A stretch of 64,000 nucleotides of DNA. It comes from Candidatus Bathyarchaeota archaeon. GTDB taxonomy: Archaea > Thermoproteota > Bathyarchaeia > Bathyarchaeales > Bathycorpusculaceae. This document shows positions 19,226-29,692 of the stretch, in pieces (within the stretch, counting starts at the first letter, position 1; the number at the start of each line of letters is the position of its first letter). The stretch lies in assembly GCA_963767735.1 (NCBI GenBank), contig CAVYES010000007.1:32001-96000 (forward strand). The letters are read 5' to 3'. A program made the translations under genes and the position numbers. The notes beneath the pieces were generated by a model. It ran no database searches. It saw nothing but the letters and a program-made list of their open reading frames with translations, and had not been told where the DNA came from.

Positions 19226-20331
19226 TTAGAGTTGATTCAATAAAAAAATCATTTGCGGAAAAAACAGTTATAGAAAACCTAAGTCTTGAAGTAAAAAAAG
19301 AAGAAATCGTATCATTGCTTGGGCCAAACGGCTGCGGAAAAACTACTCTGCTAAACATAATTTCAGGATTAACGAGACAAGATGAGGGCAACATTTACCT
19401 TAACGAGGTTTTAGTCAGCGGGAAAGCGGGCACAAAAAAAGTTCACATTCAGCCTTCGGAGCGCAAAGTTGGCTACGTCTTTCAAACCACATCTCTTTTT
19501 CCGCATATGCGAATTGAAGACAATGTTGCATACGGCTTAAAGTCACTTCATTTTCCTGCACAAGAAGTTAAAAAAAGAACCAATGCTTTGCTTGAGTTTG
19601 TAGGTCTTCGTGAATACGCAAAGTTTTATCCGCATCAACTCAGCGGTGGGCAAAAGCAGCGCATTGCATTGGCAAGGTCTTTAGCTACTGAACCGCAAGT
19701 TCTGTTTTTAGATGAGCCCGTTTCCGCCGTAGATCCTCAATTAAGAGAATCTTTCAGGCTGGAACTCAAAAACTACTTGCAAACACTTAAAATTACCGTG
19801 ATTTACGTGACTCATAACTTGTCTGAAGCGTTTATAATGTCAGACAAGATAGCAGTGATGGGCAATGGACACATAGAACAAATAGGCAACAGAACAGAAA
19901 TCTTTGATAAGCCAAGCTCATCATACGTCGCCCAGTTTCTCGGGATAAACACGTTCAAAGGCAAGGCAGTTAAAACCAATGCGGGACTCTTAGAAATCGA
20001 TGTAAACGGAACAGTACTTTTGGCAGCCCCTATGGTGCCTAATCTGGTTGGAAAAAATGTTATTGCCACAATTAAACCTGAAGACATAATGCTTTCAAAA
20101 TCAGCCGATTTCAATTTTAATCGAGTTTTAGGCAATTCTGTTGAAGGCGTCATAACTGAGATGGTTCAAATGAGATCGAACGCTCAAGTCACAATAGACG
20201 CAGGGTTTCTGTTAAAAACAAGATTATCTTTAAGCGCTATTAAAAATTTAAACCTAAACATAGGGGATAAAGTGAACGTGCGCTTCAACGCTGACGCCTT
20301 AAATGTTTTTGCCGACAACTGCACTGAATAA
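19222..20331 (+). CDS. modC: Molybdate ABC transporter ATPase with TOBE domain
   Basis: GPNGCGKTT, LSGGQKQR, LDEP, C-terminal TOBE-like region. Confidence 0.9.
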   Translation: MIRVDSIKKSFAEKTVIENLSLEVKKEEIVSLLGPNGCGKTTLLNIISGLTRQDEGNIYLNEVLVSGKAGTKKVHIQPSERKVGYVFQTTSLFPHMRIEDNVAYGLKSLHFPAQEVKKRTNALLEFVGLREYAKFYPHQLSGGQKQRIALARSLATEPQVLFLDEPVSAVDPQLRESFRLELKNYLQTLKITVIYVTHNLSEAFIMSDKIAVMGNGHIEQIGNRTEIFDKPSSSYVAQFLGINTFKGKAVKTNAGLLEIDVNGTVLLAAPMVPNLVGKNVIATIKPEDIMLSKSADFNFNRVLGNSVEGVITEMVQMRSNAQVTIDAGFLLKTRLSLSAIKNLNLNIGDKVNVRFNADALNVFADNCTE

Positions 20332-20394
20332 TATTTGGATTATTTGAAATTTTCAGAAAATAAAGAAATTCACTTATCCAGGATTTATTGGCAA

Positions 20395-20515
20395 TTAGGC
20401 AGATTTGCGGCGTTTTTTAGACGTTTCCATCGCAATGGCAGCGGTCTCGCTGTTCTGGGTCGTCAGGTTCCTCGAAGAAACCGAAAAGTTTATGTCTAAT
20501 TTTCTTTTTGGACAT
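20395..20515 (-). CDS. Possible small protein with a CHC motif
   Basis: MSKKKIRHKLFGFFEEPDDPEQRDRCHCDG(T)SKKRRKSA* if one extra base is removed; TATA-like TTTATATC about 37 nt upstream. Confidence 0.35.
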
Positions 20516-20599
20516 TCTGGTTCTCTCGAATTAAAGCGTAGGGCAATGAGTGATATAAACATATTTTTAATTCTTTGTAAATGCGGAATTAATTTTAGA

Positions 20600-21121
20600 T
20601 CAAGTTCGGTTGAAGGTCTTGCTTTTTTTCTCAACTAAATTGGCGAGCTCCCCAGCTTGCGTTAAGCTCTTAAACATCGGAAGCTTGAAGCTCACAGCTT
20701 TCCTCTCTTCCTCTTCGGAATACATTATTAATCCAGAAATTGCGACAACTGAAACATCCAAGTATTGCTTTGCTTCTTCGGCCGTTTTTGCGGCGATGAT
20801 TTTAGGCATGTTTTTTTCTGATTCGAAACCTTCTAAAATAACGTAATCGAAGTCTTCAAAGAAGGGCATAAGCTCCATTATGCGGAGTCTTTTTTTTATG
20901 AAAATTACAGTTTCGTTTCTTGGGGCCGCAGCTATTATTTCTGCTCCTGCACGGGTGTACCTGTCAGTTTCAGTGGCAGGCGTGTCCAAGGTTGGGATGC
21001 GAACCATCTCTTTGATTGCCCCAACATGGTATCCGCGGCGTTTAAGCTCGGCGATTAAATGCTCAATCACCGTCGTTTTTCCCGAGTGTTTTCCACCGAC
21101 AACCGCGACCAGTTTTGGCAT
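20600..21121 (-). CDS. mobB: Molybdopterin-guanine dinucleotide biosynthesis protein B (paralog 1)
   Basis: VAVVGGKHSGKTTVIE, VGAIK, DYVILEGF. Confidence 0.85.
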   Translation of the reverse strand: MPKLVAVVGGKHSGKTTVIEHLIAELKRRGYHVGAIKEMVRIPTLDTPATETDRYTRAGAEIIAAAPRNETVIFIKKRLRIMELMPFFEDFDYVILEGFESEKNMPKIIAAKTAEEAKQYLDVSVVAISGLIMYSEEEERKAVSFKLPMFKSLTQAGELANLVEKKSKTFNRT

Positions 21122-21254
21122 TGCTTCACCGTCCAAGCTTGTACCGTGAATGAGCCATATATTGTTTAATGCATAAAAGAAAAAGCGAGAGGCGCAATTT
21201 ATAAAGCCAAGCAAAAGTGATTTTCTGTCAGGAGCGTGAAACCTTACGGTTTTA

Positions 21255-21818
21255 GTGGTTGCCGCGGTCGGCGTTAGCGGTTCAGGAAAAACAGTAACTT
21301 TAGAGTATTTGATTTCTCACCTCTCAGCCGAAGGCTACAAAATCGGCTCAATAAAACATGTCCACCACAAAGGCTTCACCATGGATAGGGAAGGCACCAA
21401 CACCTGGAGATACGCCCAGGCAGGCTCCAAAGTAATTGTGGCGATTTCTCCTGAAGAAATAGACATTATTAAGAAAACCCAGATGGCGCTCAACGATTTA
21501 GACCAAATAATCGCTCTGCTTGAGCAGGAGAAGCTTGATGTTGTTTTCATTGAAGGCTTCCACAGTTTAATCGCTAAAAGACAAGACGTGCCCAAAATAA
21601 TTACTGCTAAAGACCAAAATGGACTAGAGCGGACTTTGGAAGGCACAGTTCAGCCGATCTTGGCGATTGCAGGCATAGTGGCCCAAAACGCGAGCAGCCC
21701 CACCTACACCAATATACCAGTGATTAAGGTTCCTGAAGAAGGGCAAAAACTCGTAGAACTAATCAAAAAACAATTAGAAAAGCCACAGAGCGCACTCACC
21801 AAAAAAATGGGTAACTGA
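21255..21818 (+). CDS. mobB: Molybdopterin-guanine dinucleotide biosynthesis protein B (paralog 2)
   Basis: GVSGSGKT, IKHVHH, DREGTNTWR, DVVFIEGF. Confidence 0.88.
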   Translation: MVAAVGVSGSGKTVTLEYLISHLSAEGYKIGSIKHVHHKGFTMDREGTNTWRYAQAGSKVIVAISPEEIDIIKKTQMALNDLDQIIALLEQEKLDVVFIEGFHSLIAKRQDVPKIITAKDQNGLERTLEGTVQPILAIAGIVAQNASSPTYTNIPVIKVPEEGQKLVELIKKQLEKPQSALTKKMGN

Positions 21819-21827
21819 GGAAACGAC

Positions 21828-22916
21828 ATGACTAAACGGGCTGCACTTATTCTGTCAGGGGGAAAAGCCCGCAGGTTTCAGTCAAAAAACAGAAAATGGG
21901 AAGACAAAGCCCTAGCCGAGCTTGAAGGAAAACCTCTTTTAATTCATGCCATCGAAAGCGTTGAAGACGTTGTTGATGAAATTGCAATATCCGTAAACGA
22001 TGAGGAAAGGAAAGCAAAATATAACCAAATCCTAGAAAAATTTGCTCGTGCAAACATACCGATAGTTGTCGATGAAAAAAATAAGCATGTTGGTGGACCT
22101 AACGTGGCAATCATGTCGGGGTTAAAATCTGTTAAAGCTGATTATTGTCTTACTTTGCCCTGTGACATGCCCTTTCTGCAGCCGTCTGTTGCTGATTACA
22201 TGTTCAGTGAAGCGGAAGGTTTTGAGGTGGTTGTTCCAATGTGGCCTAACGGCAGGCTTGAAACCCTCTTAATGGTTCTTGAACGACGCGGCGGTTTAGA
22301 AATCGCAGACACATTGTGCAAGATGAATCGGCCACGCTCAGACGACATACCTAGGGGCGCCTCCAAAATACTTTTTGCTTCTCCAGTGAATCATATTAAA
22401 ACGCTCGACCCTGAACTTAAAAGCTTCATCAACGTCAACTTTAAAGAAGACTTAAATCAGCCGCAGATCCGCCCTACAAACGGCGCAGTCACAGAAAACT
22501 TACAGGTAAACTTGGGTGTTTTATCAATTTCTGATTTGCAGCACCTTCGAGAAGGCGAAGACATGTTGCTAGCAGGCAAGCTTTCAGAGGCGCAGAACAT
22601 GTTCGCTTCATGCATCAGCAACTTTGAGGTTTCTAACAGCTTTTTTTGGGCAGCTGTTAGCGGAGAAAACCAAGGTGAAGCATTTCTGAGGCTATTTCAA
22701 CGACAGCTTGAAAAGCAAGCGGCTACTGAACTGGATTTTGAGGGCAAAGAAACTTTCCTAAAGGCTGCAAACAACTATCGAGTTGAAGCTGAAATACATG
22801 AAGAAAACCGCTGCTGGCTACTTGCTGAACGGGCATGGGCTGATAAAGCATGGTGTGAATCACGGGCTATGGGAAAACATACCCACGTTCATAGGTACCC
22901 GTCAAAAGCGCCGTGA
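21828..22916 (+). CDS. mobA: Molybdenum cofactor guanylyltransferase with a helical C-terminal extension
   Basis: LILSGGKARRF..DKAL, GP...GL, PCDMPF, SFINVN; about 140 extra aa. Confidence 0.85.
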   Translation: MTKRAALILSGGKARRFQSKNRKWEDKALAELEGKPLLIHAIESVEDVVDEIAISVNDEERKAKYNQILEKFARANIPIVVDEKNKHVGGPNVAIMSGLKSVKADYCLTLPCDMPFLQPSVADYMFSEAEGFEVVVPMWPNGRLETLLMVLERRGGLEIADTLCKMNRPRSDDIPRGASKILFASPVNHIKTLDPELKSFINVNFKEDLNQPQIRPTNGAVTENLQVNLGVLSISDLQHLREGEDMLLAGKLSEAQNMFASCISNFEVSNSFFWAAVSGENQGEAFLRLFQRQLEKQAATELDFEGKETFLKAANNYRVEAEIHEENRCWLLAERAWADKAWCESRAMGKHTHVHRYPSKAP

Positions 22917-22922
22917 ACCAGC

Positions 22923-24200
22923 TTAGGCGATCTGAGCCAATTCCAGTTTTCCGAACAAGCGAACATTTACGTTGGCGCCTTTAGCTAAATTTGTGTGCGG
23001 CGGAATTATTGAGTATCCGTTTGATTTGACAATGGTTGTTAACGCGCTTGAACCGCCCTCAACTTGCTCCGCTAAGAGTTTGTTTTCGGCTCGTTTTAGG
23101 TGAAGGAGCAGAAAACGGTATTGCGGACCAGAATCCACAAATTCAGTTAACTCAGCCGGTAAACATGGAAGCAAACCGTCTCCGCTCAGACCGCAATAGA
23201 GGCGGATTAAGGGAGCTGCAAAAAGGTAAAATCCAGCAATGCAGGACCCGATGTGACCAGGCAACATTACAACTGGCTTCCCTTCAACAATGCCGAAGCC
23301 CGATACAGCGCCCGGTCTCAACGATACGCCTTGCACAACAACGCCTGGTGGGCCAAGATTGTTTACGGCGTCTGGGACAAAATCTTTCATGCCTACCGAT
23401 GTGCCGCCAATCGTTACGACTATATCGGCGTCTGAGAAGGCTTCGCCGATTTTAGCTTGCACTTGATCTAAAGCGTCAGGCATTATTCCTTTCAGCTTCG
23501 CCGTGGCGCCCAATTCAGATGCTATCCCTTCAATGACTAGGGCGTAGTTATTTGCGATTTTTGCTGGGTCTTTTTTACATTGCCTGATTAACTCGTCTCC
23601 ACCCGAGAGAATGGCTATACTGGGTTTTTTGAATACTTCAGCCGCCGACACTCCAATCGAGGCGAGCAAACCAACGTCTTGCGGTCGCAGAACTTGCCCT
23701 TGCTTAAAGATTAACGTGCCTTGTTTAACGTCGTCGCCGAGCGGTATAATGCCCTCTCCTGGCTTTATTTCGCGGATTATTTCGATTTTGTCGCCATTTA
23801 GGCGGGTTTCTTCCGCTTTAACGGTTGATGCTGCTCCTTTGGGTATTGGTGCTCCGCATGCGACGTAAATTGCTTCGCCACTTGCCACTTTGGCGTCAGT
23901 TGGGTAGTCGGCTGGAAACAGCTTCCCCACAACTTTGAAAACGGCGGGCTTTGATGTTGATGCGCCTACGGTGTCTTTTGGGTTGATTGCGTATCCGTCG
24001 ATGAAAGTTTTATCGTAAGCTGGAATGTTAATGTTTGAAACGGCGTTTTGAGCTAAGACTCTGCCTAAAGCTGCCTGTAACTGGACAAATTCAGTGGGCA
24101 ACTTGACTTCGCGCATAGCGTCAAGGAGTTGTTTTTGCGCGTCTAACGGGTTGCCGCGTTTAGGCAGCCTTTTTATGTCTGGTCGATTCATAGCGGTCAC
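22923..24200 (-). CDS. moeA: Molybdopterin molybdotransferase
   Basis: ALGRVLA, IDGYA, GAPIPKGA, SGGDEL, GGTSVG, LPGH. Confidence 0.92.
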   Translation of the reverse strand: MTAMNRPDIKRLPKRGNPLDAQKQLLDAMREVKLPTEFVQLQAALGRVLAQNAVSNINIPAYDKTFIDGYAINPKDTVGASTSKPAVFKVVGKLFPADYPTDAKVASGEAIYVACGAPIPKGAASTVKAEETRLNGDKIEIIREIKPGEGIIPLGDDVKQGTLIFKQGQVLRPQDVGLLASIGVSAAEVFKKPSIAILSGGDELIRQCKKDPAKIANNYALVIEGIASELGATAKLKGIMPDALDQVQAKIGEAFSDADIVVTIGGTSVGMKDFVPDAVNNLGPPGVVVQGVSLRPGAVSGFGIVEGKPVVMLPGHIGSCIAGFYLFAAPLIRLYCGLSGDGLLPCLPAELTEFVDSGPQYRFLLLHLKRAENKLLAEQVEGGSSALTTIVKSNGYSIIPPHTNLAKGANVNVRLFGKLELAQIA

Positions 24201-24986
24201 CTACAGGATTATTCTTTCGGCTCCAGTGTAAACGTTCATGCGGCATCCACGCACAAACCCTACTAGAGCAATGTTTGCTTTCTCCGCGGAAGAAATGCCT
24301 GAGTTCAAAACCGCGGCCACCGACGCAACGATGGGCAAACCGACTTTCGCCGCCTTGTAAATCATGTCTCCTGGCACACGCCCAGTTATAATCATGAAGC
24401 ACTGGCCGAAATTCTCTTTTTTTAATGACGCCTCGCCGATGACTTTGTCAACAGTGTTGTGCCTTCCCACATCCTCGGAAAATGATACGATTGAGCCATC
24501 TGCTTTGACGATTGCGGAGTCATGCAGACCCCCAGTCTCCTTGAACCCCCGAGCAAGACCGTTGATTTGGATCATTGCATCCAGAATAACTTGGGCTTTA
24601 ATTTTCAGCTGCGATTTTACGACGGGGATTCTCTCGTCATGCTGATAAGCTGAAGTGCTAGCTTTGATTAGTGGGATAATGCGGGTGCTTCGCCGCGAGT
24701 TTTTCATTCGCTCATCCAAATCCACGCTTGCCTTAAGCTTGATGTGGCATGTATACGCTTTTTCTTCGGAGCATAAGGATTCGATTTCGTCAACTGACCT
24801 CAAAATGTCCTCGGCAAGCAAGTAGCCGACTGCAAGCTCCTTAAACTGGGAGGGAGAACACCAAATTACAAACGTGTAAACATCATTCAACGAGATTTGC
24901 AGAGGGACTTCTTCTGCAACACAGTCCTTTGTTTTCTCCGCTTTTCCGGTTGATAAGTCAAGCCTTACCATGTCAACTTGACGCAT
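24201..24986 (-). CDS. fdhD: FdhD sulfurtransferase (Mo/W-bisPGD sulfuration)
   Basis: EEVPL, ELAVGYLLAE, FKETGGLH, EDVGRHNTVDKVIG. Confidence 0.92.
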   Translation of the reverse strand: MRQVDMVRLDLSTGKAEKTKDCVAEEVPLQISLNDVYTFVIWCSPSQFKELAVGYLLAEDILRSVDEIESLCSEEKAYTCHIKLKASVDLDERMKNSRRSTRIIPLIKASTSAYQHDERIPVVKSQLKIKAQVILDAMIQINGLARGFKETGGLHDSAIVKADGSIVSFSEDVGRHNTVDKVIGEASLKKENFGQCFMIITGRVPGDMIYKAAKVGLPIVASVAAVLNSGISSAEKANIALVGFVRGCRMNVYTGAERIIL

Positions 24987-25152
24987 AACTTTGTCCTTCT
25001 TCTGTTGTTGTGTTTTGAACTCGGCGGTGTTGATAAGGCATTCGGCTACCCAAATGTTAGATCAACAAGGTTGGCAAATAGAAGAAAATTCAACGGTTAA
25101 AGCAAGAAGAGACAAATAGGCTAAAGGCGGACCTCAAAAGCGTTAAAAAGTG

Positions 25153-25362
25153 CTAAGGCCCGAAAATAACTAAATAGTCTTTGCTCTCTTCTACGGAGAA
25201 CTTGTTCCTTAGAAATATTTCAACATCTTGAAGATTGTAAACGCCTTTAATTTTCAACTCGTAGCTATCAGGCTTTCTTCGGTCTATAAGAACGAAAGAC
25301 GGCTGAATTAAATGTTCAGCTCCTAATTCTTTCAGTAAAGCCACCGTTTCTTCTCTCTTCAT
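25153..25362 (-). CDS. Small hypothetical protein
   Basis: 69-aa ORF starting MKREETVALL with a TATA box (TTTATAA) about 37 nt upstream. Confidence 0.5.
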   Translation of the reverse strand: MKREETVALLKELGAEHLIQPSFVLIDRRKPDSYELKIKGVYNLQDVEIFLRNKFSVEESKDYLVIFGP

Positions 25363-25618
25363 ATACACTTCACTCAACCCACTTGAAGGCACTAGACTTA
25401 TAAACAATATTCCCAAAACAACAAACACCCCAAAAGATAACCCAAAACAGAATCCTGCAAACCTACGCCGAGGTATTTCAAAAAAACGATCAAGCCTCGC
25501 CTCCTTACTATTTACAACCAATTCGGCTAAGCAAATAGCAAAACATTAAGCGAAAAACTTGATGGTTTAATAGAAATAGAATCGAGCTTAGCCCGAAAGC
25601 ATTGCCCAAAAAGGAAAT

Positions 25619-26440
25619 TTATAGGTATTTTTCGTATGTTTTTAGTTGTGGGTTGTTGGCTTTTGAGACGAAGATTTTCCCTGTGCCGTGCTCTGCCAAA
25701 TCACCTAGGAATACGTAGAAGGGTCCGTTGACGCTTTGGGTGTCGTCGATTTTGACTTTGGGTTTGACACTGTCGATGGTGAATGTGGGCATTACTTCTG
25801 GGATTGTTCCTGTTATAACGATTTTACCGCCTGTCATGCATGCGCCAGCTCGGGTGTCAACGTCTTTGTCCACCAGGATTGCGCCGTCACTCATGTGGTA
25901 GCCCAAGAATCTGCCAGCGCCGCCAGCAATTTTGAGGACGCCACCATGTAGATAGCATCCGACGTCGCTGCCGACTTTGCCGTCAATAACTATTAAGCCG
26001 CCTTTCATGCCTGTGGCTGTGCCGCGATATGGGGAAGCTAAATAGTCACCCGCGTCCCCATGGACTTCAATTAAGCCGCCCTTCATGTCGTCACCTGACC
26101 ATCCCCCTATGTTGCCGTTTACTGTGATTTTGCCGCCGGCCATTTTTTCGCCTGTGTGCATGCCGCAGTCGCCGTTTACTACGATTTCGCCTGTTTTCAT
26201 GGCTTGGCCGATTCGTTTGACTTTGCCTGCGTCGCCGTTGATGGTTATGTCCGGGGTTGCTGTGTCATCTTGTGTTATTTCGAAGAGGTCGCCGAGTTTT
26301 AGGTTGCGGTTACCTTCAGTGACGGGCAGGTTTGCTATTTCAGCTGTGTCTTTGTCTTTGAAGACGTCTGGGCTGATGCATGCTGCTTGAACTGGCACTT
26401 CGAATTTTCTTTTAGGTACTAAGGTAATCATTTTAGACAC
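25619..26440 (-). CDS. fwdC: Formylmethanofuran dehydrogenase subunit C
   Basis: GxGxxM repeats, YRG..GMKGG, FLGDLAEHGTG. Confidence 0.93.
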   Translation of the reverse strand: MSKMITLVPKRKFEVPVQAACISPDVFKDKDTAEIANLPVTEGNRNLKLGDLFEITQDDTATPDITINGDAGKVKRIGQAMKTGEIVVNGDCGMHTGEKMAGGKITVNGNIGGWSGDDMKGGLIEVHGDAGDYLASPYRGTATGMKGGLIVIDGKVGSDVGCYLHGGVLKIAGGAGRFLGYHMSDGAILVDKDVDTRAGACMTGGKIVITGTIPEVMPTFTIDSVKPKVKIDDTQSVNGPFYVFLGDLAEHGTGKIFVSKANNPQLKTYEKYL

Positions 26441-28130
26441 TTGCCTTTATCGTTAATTTTTCTGGAACCTTAAGGTAATGGTCAAACACCGGGTAATTGT
26501 CATATTCGATTGTCCAGTACTGTTTGAATTTGCGTTTCATTTCCTCATTGATTATGCAGGGTTCTTTTGTTTGGACATCAAGCCACATGGTTCTGCCAGG
26601 GGTATTGTTGTCTACTACTTGGCCGTCTTTAACAACGATTTTTCCATCTTTAATCGTGTAAGCGGCGTGCTTGAAGGCTTTGCGTGCAACTTTGAATTTT
26701 TGAGCGATATCAAGTGTTTCAGGGTTAATGTTGAATATTGCAACGTCTGCATCTGCACCTACGCCAAGTTGACCCTTATTAACGAGACCTAAAGCTTTTG
26801 CTTGCGCTGCACGAGTCATAATTGCTATCTCGTACATTGTCATTTCACGGTCAATGGTTGGGAGCAAACTCTTTTTCTGGGCTTTCTTGTTGCAGTGGTT
26901 AAGTGTGGCTTCACGGGCTTTCTTGCTGTATAACCAAGCCAGTACACGTGGGTAGGCAAAGAATGGCCCGGCGTTGGGGTGATCGGTTGTCATCATCATT
27001 TTCCACGGGTCTTTAATTAGCAGAGCTAACTCCAACCCAATGGACCATTGAAGCGCGTTCACCGGGCTGTTTTTCTTGTAGTGTATAGGTATGATACCGC
27101 CGCTGGTTTCAGTTTCGATGTCGCTGTTGACCCATTTGTTGTGTCCGCCAAGCTCGTAGAGTGAAAATTCGAAGGGTCCATCAGCGGTCATAGTTGTGGT
27201 TTCTGAGAATACGATTTGTCCCATGTCAAAGGTCATATGGTTGTGTGCGTTGATGTAGCTTGAGATTTCCTCTGACGCTGATTGGAAGTGTACCCAACTG
27301 TCACCTGCAAAGCTTGAGAATTGCAAGTGGGTAATGTGGCCAACGGGTTTGCCGTTGTATGGCACGCTTTCAAGCGCTCTCATGGTTTCAAGTGTGGTTG
27401 TGTAGTTGCCTGGTAATCCAAGATTGTTGGTGTGAAGATGTATAGAGTGAGGCAGGTTTAGCATTGCGTTAACTTTAGCTAAGCCGCATATTATTTCACG
27501 TGGAGTAATACAGAAGTTAGCTACTTGATCGTCGATGCTGTGGACGTTGTGCCCAAACCCCCAAGATTCTAAACCCCCTGGATTAACAATTTTTATGGCA
27601 TAGCCCTTGGTTATATCCAGCATCCAAGCGACGTGCTTAGCGCATTCTTCAATGTTGCCTTTGGATAGGTTTTCTAGTACAAACCACCAGTCGCCCAGAA
27701 GCGGATAAGTGGCTTTGTCAAGCAAAGGTATGTCATTTAATTCTTCATGAGTATGCTTAGCTTCCAACGGCGCCATTGACGGATTCATAACAGTTGTGTA
27801 ACCCATACGTGAATACCGGTAACCAGTAGTGAAAGTGGAAGGAATAGAATAGCCAGTGCCGCTACGAGTCATGACTGTTTTGCGTTCGACATCTTTAACG
27901 TGGTCATCTGGACGAATTATTCTGCCAGTGTTAACTTCTCCACCCGCGATGTGTGTATGAATATCAACTCCGCCCGGCATGACCGTTAAACCTGAAGCGT
28001 CAATAACCTGAGCTTTACTGCTGACTTTGCGGACAATTTTACCGTCTTTAATGGCTATATCCATTTTTTCCCCGTTAATCTTGTTCATAGGGTCAAAGAC
28101 GAAACCGTTTTTTATTAGTAATTCAGTCAT
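26433..28130 (-). CDS. fwdA: Formylmethanofuran dehydrogenase subunit A
   Basis: GGVDIHTHIAG, KIVNPGG, HLHTNNLG, TTDHPNAGPF. Confidence 0.95.
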   Translation of the reverse strand: MTELLIKNGFVFDPMNKINGEKMDIAIKDGKIVRKVSSKAQVIDASGLTVMPGGVDIHTHIAGGEVNTGRIIRPDDHVKDVERKTVMTRSGTGYSIPSTFTTGYRYSRMGYTTVMNPSMAPLEAKHTHEELNDIPLLDKATYPLLGDWWFVLENLSKGNIEECAKHVAWMLDITKGYAIKIVNPGGLESWGFGHNVHSIDDQVANFCITPREIICGLAKVNAMLNLPHSIHLHTNNLGLPGNYTTTLETMRALESVPYNGKPVGHITHLQFSSFAGDSWVHFQSASEEISSYINAHNHMTFDMGQIVFSETTTMTADGPFEFSLYELGGHNKWVNSDIETETSGGIIPIHYKKNSPVNALQWSIGLELALLIKDPWKMMMTTDHPNAGPFFAYPRVLAWLYSKKAREATLNHCNKKAQKKSLLPTIDREMTMYEIAIMTRAAQAKALGLVNKGQLGVGADADVAIFNINPETLDIAQKFKVARKAFKHAAYTIKDGKIVVKDGQVVDNNTPGRTMWLDVQTKEPCIINEEMKRKFKQYWTIEYDNYPVFDHYLKVPEKLTIKASV

Positions 28131-29685
28131 TTAAGCTGCCTCTGCTTTCTTTGTTTTCTTTTTATGTTTAATTTCAATTCTAGGTGCCAGTTTGTTGCGT
28201 GCTTTAAGTTCCGCCTTAGTTTCGGTCTCTGGCTTTTGAGCTTTGATTGCTCGGACTTCTTCCAGTATTTTCGTTAATAGTTCTTCGTCGTTCAGTATGC
28301 CTTCCGGTGGCTCGACGACCTTGCGGAGCATTATTGGCACATGGTCCATGCGATAAGCTGTGCCCTCATATTCGATGCCGCACCACTGAGTTGGAAACAC
28401 CACGTCGCCGAGTCTTGAGATAGCGTTCATATCCGGGTTAATGGTGATCAGGGGGTGCTTCATCATATTCTGCATGGCTACCTTGGGAAAGTGCGCGCCT
28501 GGATCAGACGAAATAACCAGAGTTGCGTCGTTGTCGCCGCGTCTAAGCAAGTCGATGGTTGTGAATTCACCCGGGTTATATTGCGGGTACCCTTGCGAAA
28601 AGTCAATAGCGTAGGGGTAACCTGTTAGTCCAAGCGAAAACCACGTTTGCGCCTGTAACGTTGAAGTGCCCTCGCATTGGCGAGATGACAAATTTGGTTC
28701 TTCTGTTAAGATCCCGTGTTAGGGCGATTGCTATTTCGATGTTTCTGAATCTGCCGGCGCTCTGCGTTAAGCCAAGACCGAAGAAGATAACTCCGAAGTC
28801 GCAGTTCACCATAGCGTCAGTTACTTCTTTGAGGTATTCAACTGGGACACCGCCGACTTTGTCAACATCCAGTTCCTGGTCAGCTACTAAACATCTCATG
28901 GCATCAAGTATTTCATAATCCTTGTTTGGTTGAACCTGAATAAAGTAATCAGCAGCCTCGGCAGTCATGGTTTTTCTTACATCCACAACAATCAGTTTAC
29001 GCCCCGCCTTCTGCATCGTCCCTGGAGGCGCACCTACACTGCATGATTGCGGAGGAATCGTAGGAGTAGATTCACCAAGGATTCGCTTTGAGGCGGCTTG
29101 CACTTTTTTCTTGCTTTGGGTACCTTTTAATTTTTCCAGGAAACTTTTCCATTCGCTGCCCTCAAAACGTCCGTCAGTGAAACTGGTGTACCTCTCAAGG
29201 TGCCTTGGGTGTGAAGTCCACGGGTTGCATGCCCAGTAAATTATTAGGTCTGCGCGGTGCCTGATTTGCCCCAGAGTGCATGCGGGAATACCGATTTCTT
29301 GTGTCGCCATAACTGATGGCCCGTGGCAAACGCTGCAGCAATTATCGAGGGCTGAACCTAATTCTTCAGCTAACATAACACCGATTCGCTGTGCTTCGCT
29401 GGTTGAGCTGCTCCAGCCGAACAGCAGCGGATACTTTGCGTCCGTGAGAATTTGGGCTGCCTTGTGTACTGCTTCATCCATCGATACAGGTTCTAACTTG
29501 CCGTCTTTTCGCACCATGGGCTTTAGAATTCTCTCTTCGCTCTTGTAGCCGTGAACCATTTTGGCTTCACATTGGGCACAGCCATTCTTCATTTTAACAA
29601 TCTCGTTGTTTTCCACTGTTACTTCTATGTCATCGCATAGGCAGCCGCATATTGGACAAACGACTGATTTTATTATTTCTGGCAT
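28131..29685 (-). CDS. fwdB: Formylmethanofuran dehydrogenase subunit B (1-nt insertion near 28628)
   Basis: CPICGCLCDD, SVCHGPS (Cys ligand), HPRHLERY, MRGHFNV, then TGYPYAIDF in the shifted frame. Confidence 0.92.
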
Positions 29686-29692
29686 TACGATT

